A stretch of 64,000 nt of DNA, taken from Candidatus Latescibacterota bacterium (GTDB lineage Bacteria; Latescibacterota; UBA2968; SICM01). Position 1 is the first letter of the stretch, and the number at the start of each line of letters is the position of its first letter. Position numbers and translations under genes: made by a program. The stretch covers positions 592,011 to 656,010 of the forward strand of contig CBDCJO010000001.1 in NCBI GenBank assembly GCA_965217865.1, read 5' to 3'. This document shows positions 31,581 through 41,694 of the stretch, piece by piece. The notes beneath the pieces are model-generated. The model did no database searches and had not been told where the DNA came from. It was given only the letters and a program-made list of their open reading frames with translations.

Positions 31581-32192
31581 AGCCGTGGAGCTCACCCGCT
31601 AAACGTGAGCGTCATGGCAGTCGAATCTGACGCGACGCCGTTCAGGGTCATTCCAATCGCCATCGACACGCTCAGCGGAGACACGAACACATTGAACCGC
31701 ACTAATAGAACCTCAGATATCAGGCGTTCCGGGGTCAAGGCCGGGGTCCGGGCCGTGCCGGACCATCGTGCCCCATATATAAGGGGGGGGTATGGGGCAT
31801 AAATCGACGTTGATTTGTTACACCACTCATTTTTCTAGGTTGTTGTACCACCGCCGCTTACCTACTACTACCCGGCCAGACCGTGCCGATACAGAGGAAA
31901 AGGGAAGGACGGAAGCGACCCCCCCCTTTTTGCCGCTCTATCGGCAAACAGGGCGGGGGTTTGGGGCAGGGTTTGTTACAGGGTTTGAGGCATACCCTGC
32001 CCCCCCTTATGGGGGTCGCTTCCGTCCGATTTATCCCTGCGGGAAGGCACTCTATCCATCAGGAGGCTGGCATGGCCAGCGTGACGCATCACCAGCGAGT
32101 GGATTCCTTTTGGGGATTCCACCTGGATCTGAAACCTATCGTATTTTAGGCCATATTGGCCACAACTGGTGCTAAAATCAACGGGGAGGCGC

Positions 32193-32384
32193 ATGCAAAT
32201 CTTGAGCGCGAAAGAAGCAAAATACGGCTTCGGACGGCTGATCGACCTCGCCCGCGCCAAGCCCATCACGGTGGCCAAGCATGGGCGGCCAGTTGTAGTC
32301 GTGCTCTCGGTAGAGGAATACGAGCGGCTGAAAGACCTGGATACGCCTGAAACACCCCCGGTAGGGGAGGAAGAACGGAAGTGA
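32193..32384 (+). CDS. Phd/YefM family antitoxin (no adjacent toxin)
   Basis: SAKEAKYGFGRLID..PITVAKHGRPVVVVLSVEEYERL. Confidence 0.85.
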   Translation: MQILSAKEAKYGFGRLIDLARAKPITVAKHGRPVVVVLSVEEYERLKDLDTPETPPVGEEERK

Positions 32385-32414
32385 ACAACAACGGAATGGA
32401 AGGCTGTTGACGGC

Positions 32415-32980
32415 ATGGACAAGCGGAGCCTCTCGGAACGCGACATCTGCACCAGGTTCATCACGCCCGCCTTGCGAAAGGCCGGATGGGACGAGATGAC
32501 GCAAATCCGCGAGGAAGTCAGTTTTACCAAGGGACCCATCATCGTGCGTGGCAAGCTGGTCAGCCGGGGCAAGGGCAAGCGTGCCGACTACATCCTCTAC
32601 TACAAATCCAATATCCCGATTGCCGTGATCGAGGCCAAGGACAACACCCACGCCATCGGCGACGGCCTGCAGCAGGCTCTCGACTACGCCACCACGCTCA
32701 ACATTCCTTTTGTTTTCTCTTCCAACGGCGACGGCTTTGTCTTTCACGACAGGACAGGAATGAATGCCCAAACGGAAGCGACCCTCGGCCTCGACGGTTT
32801 CCCGATCCCCAGCGATCTGTGGACCCGTTACCGGGCCTGGAAGGGCCTGACAGCGGAAGCTGAAGAAGTCTTCCTTCAGGACTATTTCGACGACGCTAGC
32901 GGCAAGGCGCCACGCTACTATCAGGTCAACGCTATCAACGCTGCCATCGAAGCCATCGCCAAGGGGCGCGAACGTATCCA
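32415..32980 (+). pseudogene. hsdR: Type I restriction subunit R, N-terminal fragment
   Basis: LSERDICT.FITPAL, RADYILY, AVIEAKDN and PRYYQVNAIN; breaks just before Walker A. Confidence 0.88.
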
Positions 32981-35775
32981 CCGCGCGCGTAGTCCCGGAG
33001 GAGGATATGGGGAGGCGGACTCCCCGAAGCGAAGACTCTCTCGTACACACACGTTGCCAGAGTACCGACTGCGACAGGATCATGGCAGCGCATGGCGACC
33101 CCGTACGCCACGGCGTAGACGCGCTCGGCCACGTACGGATCGTCAACATCAGCGAACTGCCCAACGAGTCGGACGACAGCCGCCATGCGGTCTGTCAGAA
33201 GACTCACGAGAGCCGTCGTTGCGCGGTCACGCAAAAACCGATTCGAGGTGGTGAGCATCCACGAGAGCGCGACGGCGCACAGGTCAACGGCCTCGTCATC
33301 GATTGACGTGCTCGGGTTCAGCGAAGACGCCCAATCCACAAGCCTGTCGACGGCGCCCTGCGTACGATACGCGTGGTGAAGGTACACGCTCCACCGCGCG
33401 TCACGATCCGGCATCGCGTTTCTCCGAAGCAACCGATCGAGAAACTGCGCATTAAGCGGATGTCCAGGTAACGTAGCTACGGTGAGCAGCACGTCGAGGG
33501 TGTCGCGCCAATCGTCCTCGCTTCGGCACAGCGTGTTCAGCGCTCGGCGCGTGTCCTCCGAGAAAGCTGAGTATGTGCGCCAGACGAGGCTCTGCCGGAA
33601 CGCGTCCCCAAGTCCCCAACGATCGGCACAGGTTGGAGCGACAGAGATGAGTTCCTGTCCGGTCTGCTCGGGAATCTGGATGCATAGGGCCTCAAGAAGA
33701 CCGGGCGAAACGCGGTGCTTATTGTCGCAGATGAACGCCAGACCTCCCACCGCCGCAAATGCAGAGGCGGGGTCGTTGACGTCCAGGTATCTGCTCAGCA
33801 AGCTCCTGGCCACGAGGTGGTCGGCAAAGCGCTCGTATGCAATGAAGACTACCACCTCGGGAGTCGCGTCCTGCGATGGCACCACTTCCTCAACGAGGAC
33901 ACCTTCTGCGACCAGTCCCTGGTAGAGAGATCGCCCGAAGTCGCGTCCGGGAAGAAAACGGTTGACGACTTCTACTGCCTTCGCCAGGGTAAGCCAAGGA
34001 TCGCCGGAGTCGAGGATCACCTCTGCAACAGCTTCTACGGCCTGTCGTACGAGCGGCGTCCGGGAATCGAAATCAAGACTCGACGCCAGCCGCTCGTTGA
34101 CCGCCCTGAGATACAAGTCGAACACGGCTGTGATGCCTTGAAAGCCGCGAGGAAGGCGACGCGCCCCATTCGCATTGAGACCTTGGCACAACGTCTTGAG
34201 AAACAGAGGGTTCTGGAACTCCGGCGCAAGAAGCGGCGTCGATGGAAGCTCTAGGCCGTAGTGAACGAAGAACGTCTTGGTGGCGTCGTACTCATGCCCC
34301 TTGAATCCTGAGTGCGTCACGACGGTGGCACGGGAGTGTACGTCGGCGGGAAGGATGAACTTCTCGAAAGACGAGCGGACGGTGAGCACCACGCCAATCC
34401 AGGGCGAGCTCTCCAAGGGTGCCAGAAAGGCACCGAGATGACTTGGCCAAATGTTCCGTCCGGCGCCCTCATTGATCGCGTCGATCATCACCAGTGCTCG
34501 TGAGCCCGCGGCCTGCGCTACGGCTTCGAGCGCGCCGACGAACTCCTCTGCGGACAGACTGGACAGGTCCAACTGCTGCAGCACTTGGGACCAAGGTACA
34601 TCGTTGCTCACGAAGCGTTGGCCCATAAGCAACACCGTTGGTCGACCTGCAGAGACGCGCTGGCGTGCAAGGTCACATAGTAAATGAGTCTTCCCAGTGC
34701 CTGCTGCGCCTCGGAGGACCATCAAAGGGCTGTCCGCAATCTGATCCGCATGTACGAACGATTCCCGCGCCACTTCGAGCTCGGATATGAGATGCAGGAG
34801 CCGAATTCTGCGATCTCGAAACGGGTTACTCCTGTAGGAAGATCGGCGTTTCTTCTTGTCCTTCGCTTCTGGCTTGGCCTCCAACTCTCGTTCGCGTTGC
34901 TCCAGGAGTCGTGAGAGCTCCTCGCCTGCTTCTTCTGCAGCGTGGATTTGCCCCGATATGGCTCTGAACGGGAGCGGACCCGTTGCCTGCACATCGATGG
35001 CGCCTATCGCGGTGAGGACCGCCTGAACCTTCGACGGCACGACGGCCAGCGCAGCATCAACAGTCGGGTCGGCCGCGCCCTCTGAATACTCGACCGCTCT
35101 CAATTTTCTTCGGATTCTCCGGCCACTAGCCTTCTCCCGGTCGAAGAAGCGATCGGTGCGTCCGAACGCTTCGAACTCCCACATGATGGGCAGGTCAACG
35201 CGGATCTCGGGGGTGTAACGAGGTCCTGCGGTCCGCAATGCCTCGTCGAGCCTTGCCGTAAACCATGCGGGATCGAAGCCTCGAACATCGAACCAGAATC
35301 GGACACGCCCGATATGTTCCGGTCGGGCTAAGCGTTCGAGCAGCTCATGGCTGCCCCAATAGATGAATTCGACCGTCATTCCGCGATCGGATGCCCACCC
35401 ACTCCACTTCGCGACGTGGTCATCCCAGCGCTCTTTCGCCGACTTTCGGCCCTCAATCCGCGCATCTGCTCGATCTACCGGCACGCAGACGAAATAGCGG
35501 ACTAGCTTTGGATGCTTCTCGAGTGCCGTCTTGATGCTGCCGTCGATCTGAGACCACTGCGAATCCCCAAGTCCGTCTATGTACTTGGACTGCCAGACCC
35601 ACTCGGCGCCGTCACTCAGGACTGCATAGCACTCAACTCCAGCGTCCGGAGTCCCTTTTCGCACGAACGTTGACCCGGAGGGCCTTTCCGCCCGGGCAAG
35701 CTGGGCGCACAGCTCCTCGAAGCCCTTGTCTCGTCCACCCTTCAGGGGCCTGATACTGTTCCAGTCAAGCGTCAT
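32935..35775 (-). pseudogene. Avs2-like STAND NTPase with N-terminal PD-(D/E)xK-like nuclease, C-terminally truncated
   Basis: FEELCAQL..PDAGVEC..WQSKY, Walker A GAAGTGKT, Walker B MIDAINE; runs into antisense hsdR sequence after LLRDYARG. Confidence 0.7.
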
Positions 35776-35939
35776 TCAGCTCATACCTCAGTGGTCCAAG
35801 AACATACTGCCTATGGATGTAGCATTCAGCCGCTTGGAGCTTCGCTACACGGCGCAGGAGCAAGTCCAGCACACCGCCGAATTGTGAAGAGCTTAGGCTG
35901 CGCGGCCGATGACGACTGCCGCGAGGCCGCCCGCCAGGA

Positions 35940-36170
35940 GCCTGACCGACGCCGCTGATCGAAAAAGTCCGTGCGCCGATAAGCCGCCTCGACCTCTTTT
36001 CGGACCTCGTCGCGGAAGGTATTCGCAAGCGCTTTGTGGTCCAAGGGCTCGACGCAGCCCTTGAGCGGAAGAAGCGAGAACGACCGCCCATCGAACCGAT
36101 TCTGGACGGCGAAAAGGAAGCTCGCTTGATGGCCATGGCCTGCAGCCAGCGGCCGAAAGGACGGATGGCA
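35940..36170. pseudogene. Joined scraps of a tyrosine integrase C-terminus (-) and an IS630 transposase (+)
   Basis: EVEAAYRRTDFFDQRR on minus; LERKKRERPP..ILDGEKEARL.AMACS on plus. Confidence 0.6.
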
Positions 36171-36172
36171 CA

Positions 36173-36740
36173 TTGATCTTCCGAAACGCGGGTGCGCTCT
36201 TCTTTGCCAAGAACGTGCGCCGCTTTTTTCCGCAGGCCTACATCACCTGCCTGCTGGCAAGGGGCACTGACAAGGTATACATCCTGGATCGCAAGGATTT
36301 CGACGGCGGGATCGTGGCCGACATCGAGGACGTCCTGCGTTTCGTCGAGCGCAATACTCGCACTGCGTATCGCATAGAGGGACTCAAGCGTGAGAATGTC
36401 CCGGAGTATCCGACCAACGCCCTGCGGGAGGCGATCACGAATGCGGTGATGCACCGCGATTGGTTTGTTGACGGGGCCAACGTCTTTGTCGAGATCTACG
36501 CCGACTGCATCGAGGTTGTGAGCCCGGGCAGCCTGCCTCGGGGCTTGTCGCTCGCCGATCTTGGGAGCAAGAGTGTTCGTCGGAACGCGTTGATCGCCGA
36601 CCTGCTCTCGCATCGACTTCATAGAGAAGGCGGGCACCGGTATCCGGCGTATCCGGAACGAGACTCGCGCGCAGGGTTGCCCCGAGCCTGAATTCGAGGT
36701 CAACGGCTTCTTCACTGCCACCTTTTGGCCCAGCCCTGAG
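36173..36740 (+). pseudogene. AlbA_2/RecG-C (HATPase_c_4) regulator fragment
   Basis: PEYPTNALREAITNAVMHRD, IEVVSPG.LP and RNALIADL motifs. Confidence 0.75.
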
Positions 36741-36926
36741 GTGCGGGCAAGGGCGCGAAGGCGAGCGCCCGTTCCAGTTCCGGATTCTGTAATTCGTCTT
36801 GTACTGACGGCTGACTCGGCTCGACTTCCCTGCGGCCAGGACGTGGCTCCTCCCATCTCCGTCTACTTCTTGGGCGAAGGGGGGGCCGGGGAGGCGGCGA
36901 AGGATAAGGTGCACATCTGCTGAATC

Positions 36927-38177
36927 TCAGCTTAGGCGAGAAAATCCAGGGAAAAAGAGCGTATCGGGAAATGCAATCCGATCGTCAGGCCGAAGACGAT
37001 TCAGCTTTCTCGAGCGCACCTTGCCATCAGGGTTCAAGATTTCAATTTCCCTTTCCCGAAAGAGCTTAATGACTGTCAGGTCGAGATCCGAGAATCTAGC
37101 GGTTGTCCTGTTTGCAAACATATGCCGCATCGTCTCTACGGTGACCGGAGTTTCGGATGCCAAAGCGAACAGTTCACTTGGCATTGAGTTCAGAAGCTGA
37201 GCCTGCACCTCCTGGGCATCAAGCCCTGCAAAATGAAACAGAGGCAGTGTTTTGGAGTACAACGCTTCCCAGCCCAGCATCCCGAAATCGCCGGGACCAT
37301 AGTGTTCGAATGTATTAGAGATATCCCAATGGCGCTGGATCATCACATCTCGCGCAGTGGGGTGTCTTGACAGGTGGAGGAACCACAAGGCACGTCGTGA
37401 CCCTTGGGGTCGCACGAAGAAGGGCGTATCGTAGGTCGCGTGCGTTACGGCACGAATATGGTCACGCAACGTTCTCTGAACGAGGGCTCTTCCGCCATAT
37501 CCATCTCTCTGCTCGACCAACTCGTGCATTCGTGATTCTGTCAATTCGAGCGGAGCAACTGCCTTGACTAGCAACGGTGTTTTCGCAAGGTGGTTCACGA
37601 GTGCGTCTGCGGCAAACGTAAGTATGACCTCCGCCGCCGGAAGTTCACGAAAAATCCGAGCAATGAGTTCCAGCTTCACCTGTGAAAATCCGGTCTGGTC
37701 AAGGAGAAATATCGAGCGGCCGGCCCGAGGCTGACGGCGGCGAATTTCCGCGATGATGTCGTCAATCGCTTCTTCGAACCGTTCGTTTCTAACGACGATC
37801 GATTCATCATCGACTCGGAACCCGCGTTCATTCAGAACTCTCCTGAGATGATCCACATGAGCGGATTCCTTGTCGACAAAGTAGTATTTGCAATCCAAAT
37901 TTAGGGGCTTTGTGCGCTTCCGGTTCAGTCTGGTCTTTGCTGCTTTGGATTCCTCCAGCATGATCAGGGGCGTACCGGACACGATCTCATCGTCGTCCCG
38001 GAACGTGCCTCCTCCGGCAAAGCCATCGACAAGATCGAGTTTGAATTCTTCGCGAAGAGGACTGACGTTCAGCCTGTCAAAATAGGCGCGAAGGTACTGC
38101 CGCAAAACGTCGAGCTTTGCCTTGCTGTGCGCCTCGATCGGAGGCGGCGATTCGTCAGGATACCACCTGAAATCCAT
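36927..38177 (-). CDS. tcmP: Three-Cys-motif partner protein TcmP (SAM-methyltransferase-like)
   Basis: HSKAKLDVLRQYL, VDGFAGGG and FLLDQTG motifs; overlaps the DUF5131 gene. Confidence 0.8.
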   Translation of the reverse strand: MDFRWYPDESPPPIEAHSKAKLDVLRQYLRAYFDRLNVSPLREEFKLDLVDGFAGGGTFRDDDEIVSGTPLIMLEESKAAKTRLNRKRTKPLNLDCKYYFVDKESAHVDHLRRVLNERGFRVDDESIVVRNERFEEAIDDIIAEIRRRQPRAGRSIFLLDQTGFSQVKLELIARIFRELPAAEVILTFAADALVNHLAKTPLLVKAVAPLELTESRMHELVEQRDGYGGRALVQRTLRDHIRAVTHATYDTPFFVRPQGSRRALWFLHLSRHPTARDVMIQRHWDISNTFEHYGPGDFGMLGWEALYSKTLPLFHFAGLDAQEVQAQLLNSMPSELFALASETPVTVETMRHMFANRTTARFSDLDLTVIKLFREREIEILNPDGKVRSRKLNRLRPDDRIAFPDTLFFPGFSRLS

Positions 38178-38916
38178 AATCTCTTGTCTCCATCAAGTAG
38201 AAGGGCATGGCGTTATGCTCGATGCCTTCGAGCATCCGTCCGCCCGATTTCGGCGTCCGGCCGCCCCATTGCTTGAAGAAGAACGCGACTCCTTCACGCT
38301 CGCATACATCCCTGATATTAAGCACCCAACTTCGTTCCATCGGGCGGGCCTTGGGGCCACTCTCGCCGCCGACGATGACCCACGAGATTCCTTTAAGGTT
38401 GAGATCTCGCACAGGCCCCAGCAAAGGTTCTATGGAAAGAAAACGAATCGGAACCGGAGCCTTTTGGAGGTGCCGAATTCTGCTGGTCGCTGTGTGATCT
38501 TCAACAGACACGCCGCACCAGATATGTCGCGGAGCGACAGCCTGACCGTATCTGCGTTCGAGGTAGTGCTTCATGAGCGCGCTTCGCTTCGTGAGCACCT
38601 GAAATATGTGCCGATCGGCCGCCTCCATTGTGTCGAAAACTCGATCGATCAACTCCGTCGATATCTCCTTATGGAAGAGGTCGCTCATCGAATTGACGAA
38701 GATCATTCGCGGGCGCTTCCATGAGAGCGGTTGGGAAAGCCGCTCCGGGTGCAACGTAAGGTCGAACCCCTTCTCGAATGGATGTCCGGGCACGCCGCGG
38801 AAGCGCTCGGCTAGGCGCTCGGCGTAACAGTTGTCACAACCGCGCGTGATCTTAGTGCAACCGGTTACTGGGTTCCAGGTTGCGTCGGTCCATTCGATGG
38901 CAGATTCTTTACTCAT
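38155..38916 (-). CDS. DUF5131 / phage Gp37-Gp68 family protein
   Basis: IEWTDATWNPVTGCTKITRGCDNCYA, FVNSMSDLFH, WVIVGGESG and FFFKQWGG motifs. Confidence 0.92.
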   Translation of the reverse strand: MSKESAIEWTDATWNPVTGCTKITRGCDNCYAERLAERFRGVPGHPFEKGFDLTLHPERLSQPLSWKRPRMIFVNSMSDLFHKEISTELIDRVFDTMEAADRHIFQVLTKRSALMKHYLERRYGQAVAPRHIWCGVSVEDHTATSRIRHLQKAPVPIRFLSIEPLLGPVRDLNLKGISWVIVGGESGPKARPMERSWVLNIRDVCEREGVAFFFKQWGGRTPKSGGRMLEGIEHNAMPFYLMETRDYGFQVVS

Positions 38917-39069
38917 ACGAACAATCCGTGATCCAGTCTCGCTGTATCAGATCGCCGATGCTTACTGGTAGTTTATACCAGCGATCATGGCCTCAGCGAT
39001 GAGGCAAGGCTGTAGGCGCCTCGGCCGTGCCGTGTGGTTGAAACCATGAACTGGGAGCAGATGCCACGC

Positions 39070-41694
39070 TCATATCTCAAACACCTTCAGCACCTCGTCG
39101 CCATAGTGGTTGATGACCTTCACGGCGAACTTGCCCGTTTCTGGCTTGTCGAACGCTCGGCTAACCGTGCTGTACAGACTGCTCCAGGCGGCTTCGTCGA
39201 TCTCCGCCCGTAGCGCCCGTTTGAGATTGGCATACGGTTCTTTGGCCCCTGTGAAGTAGGCGTGGCGCACGAAGAAGCTCTCGCCGTTGTAATTACTGTC
39301 GATGAACCAGCAGGCGATGTCGTCGGTGGAAGCGTTGCGGATCTGACCGGTGGTCGGGTCGTACACGTCTACTCCCTTGATCCCGATCACAATCTGCCCG
39401 TTCTTCTGCTTCTTGATCTCCACGTCCGGCTCGCCGAAGACCATGAACAGGTTGCCTGCGCCGGTCTTTTTGAGTAGTTCGTCGCCCATCGCCATGTCGG
39501 GGTTCATCTTGGTGGGAAGCACGGTCAGGCTGCCATAGCGTTTCACCTCTTCGGCAACATGCGGGTCGAAGGCGAAACCGCAGACAACAAGCATGTCAAA
39601 GCCTACTCCCTGCACCGCTTCCTTGGCGGCTTCCTTCACTTGTTGCGGGCCGACGGTGCCATGCTCGGGGCCGATGGAGACCGCGACACGGCGGCTCTTG
39701 GCGTCGGCGTCGGTATATTCGCCTGCTGCGTGCAGCCACGCTCCGGCGTAGGGATCGAGCCGGTCGAAGCTGAGCCGTTCGCTCTTGCGGGTATTCTGCA
39801 CGCCCGCCTTCTTCAGGTTCTCCAGAATCATGGTGGAGAAGTCTTGCTGCTTGCGGCCTTCTTGCTCGCTGACCGTGCCATCCTGATTCTCGTCGGCCGT
39901 GGAGAGCACGCGATGCGGTGAAAGACTTTCCACCGAGAATGGCCCGCACACCCGCACGCACTTGTTGTCCTCGTAAGGTTGGTCGTAGAGCATTTCGGTC
40001 TCGGCATGGCGGGCGATGGCAGCATCGATCTGCTCGCGCGTCATGCCTTCCTTGATGTCCGGGTTGTTGGCGATCGATTTGAGCGTGATGTGCGGTACGC
40101 GCTTGTAGACGAAGCCCTTGCGGATGTCGTGCTCCGTCTTGTATTCGGGCGGCATCTTGCCAGTGAGGTCGGCCTCCTTCTTGATGCCTTTGGGGGAATC
40201 TGCCAGCAGGTAGTACGGGTACCTTGCTGCCATCAGGCGCGTGCGGGCCAGTGCCAGGGCGACGCGACTGGTGTCGCAGGTGATCCAACGTCGGCCCCAC
40301 TGCTCGGCAACGTAGGCAGTCGTGCCGCTGCCACAGGTCGGATCGAGCACTAGGTCGCCGGGATCGGTGGTCATAAGGAGGCAGCGCTGAATTGCCGTGG
40401 TACTTGTCTGAACGACGTAAATCTTCGGATCAGATCGACTTTGAACTCCACCAACATCCAGCCATACAGAATTCAGTGGATTGACAGGAAAATCGTCGAT
40501 GAATCGCACATACCTAAGAAGGTTGCCCTCGGCGACAATGCGATTGCATTTCATGAGTTGAGTCATACCATCGGTAGTCGTCTTCCAATGCAATCCACCT
40601 GGACATTTGAAATCATGCCCGTTAAAAGTGATGACACCGCTGCCTGTCGCAGTTTCTCCAGCAGAAGTGATCTGGTCTGTACTGAAAAATCGAGAGCCTG
40701 CGGGCACTAACGATGGGGTTGCTTTCTCTTCAGGTGTAAGTCGCCTGCGGGAACCATCAGCTAACTCCACGCTTTCATAACGGGCAGCCCTCGCTTCTCC
40801 CCGCTCCTTCTCGGAGTAGATCTGGCGATACTTCACACGCTCGCGGTCTTTTGCGTACCAAATGATGTAGTCACAGATTTGTCCGAGCAACGTTGAGCCT
40901 CTGCCCGTCGTTGTCGCAAACGCTATCAAGCCTGCAAAGTTCTGACTTCCAAACACCTCATCCATCACGTTCCGCACCAGATGCACGTTCTCATCGCCAA
41001 TCTGCACGAAGATGCTGCCCGTCTCGGTGAGTAAATCGCGGGCCACGACCAGTCGGTCGCGAAGGTAGGCCAGATAGGAGTGGATGCCAAGCTTCCAGGT
41101 GTCGCGGAAGGCGCGCACCTGTTCGGGCTGGCGAGTGGTGTCCTGTGCCTTGCCGTCTTTCACGTCGCGCTTGCGGGTGCTCACCTGCCAGTTGGAGCCG
41201 AACTTGATGCCGTAGGGCGGGTCGAGGTAGATGGCCTGCACCTTGCCCTTAAGCCCTTCCTTCTCGGCCAGTGAGGTCATCACCAGCAGCGAATCGCCCA
41301 GGATGAGTCGGTTGGACCAGTTCTGTTCGTGGTGGTAAAAGTCGATCTTCTGCGCGAAGTTAGCCGGGCCACCGTTGAAGTCAGCGAAGAGATTGGCCTG
41401 GTCGCCACCGGGCTGTTCGGTGCGAGGCAACGCGTCGATGATCGCCTGCGGGTGAATCTTCTCCTGGATGTAGACCGGCACCACGGGGACGGTGAAATCT
41501 TCCCGGTCCTGTTCGTCCTTGCCCTTCCAGACCAGTTGCGGGTCGAGCGAGGGATCGCGCGGGTAGAGCATCGTCTTGGGTACCAGTTCTTCATCGGCCA
41601 CAAAGTCGCGCAGTTCTTCGGTGGGAATGTTGGCGCGCTTGTCCTTGTGGCGGATGGATTCAACTTTCTTCTGGGTGTTCTTTTTCTTAGCCAT
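39070..41694 (-). CDS. mod: Type III R-M DNA methyltransferase (Mod)
   Basis: YLDPPYG catalytic motif precedes VLDPTCGSGTT (beta class); overlaps res by 8 bp. Confidence 0.9.
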   Translation of the reverse strand: MAKKKNTQKKVESIRHKDKRANIPTEELRDFVADEELVPKTMLYPRDPSLDPQLVWKGKDEQDREDFTVPVVPVYIQEKIHPQAIIDALPRTEQPGGDQANLFADFNGGPANFAQKIDFYHHEQNWSNRLILGDSLLVMTSLAEKEGLKGKVQAIYLDPPYGIKFGSNWQVSTRKRDVKDGKAQDTTRQPEQVRAFRDTWKLGIHSYLAYLRDRLVVARDLLTETGSIFVQIGDENVHLVRNVMDEVFGSQNFAGLIAFATTTGRGSTLLGQICDYIIWYAKDRERVKYRQIYSEKERGEARAARYESVELADGSRRRLTPEEKATPSLVPAGSRFFSTDQITSAGETATGSGVITFNGHDFKCPGGLHWKTTTDGMTQLMKCNRIVAEGNLLRYVRFIDDFPVNPLNSVWLDVGGVQSRSDPKIYVVQTSTTAIQRCLLMTTDPGDLVLDPTCGSGTTAYVAEQWGRRWITCDTSRVALALARTRLMAARYPYYLLADSPKGIKKEADLTGKMPPEYKTEHDIRKGFVYKRVPHITLKSIANNPDIKEGMTREQIDAAIARHAETEMLYDQPYEDNKCVRVCGPFSVESLSPHRVLSTADENQDGTVSEQEGRKQQDFSTMILENLKKAGVQNTRKSERLSFDRLDPYAGAWLHAAGEYTDADAKSRRVAVSIGPEHGTVGPQQVKEAAKEAVQGVGFDMLVVCGFAFDPHVAEEVKRYGSLTVLPTKMNPDMAMGDELLKKTGAGNLFMVFGEPDVEIKKQKNGQIVIGIKGVDVYDPTTGQIRNASTDDIACWFIDSNYNGESFFVRHAYFTGAKEPYANLKRALRAEIDEAAWSSLYSTVSRAFDKPETGKFAVKVINHYGDEVLKVFEI

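Noticed and set aside
31600-32160. Possible replication origin or structured RNA
   Set aside because: Only short G/C-run palindromes; no iterons or recognisable consensus.
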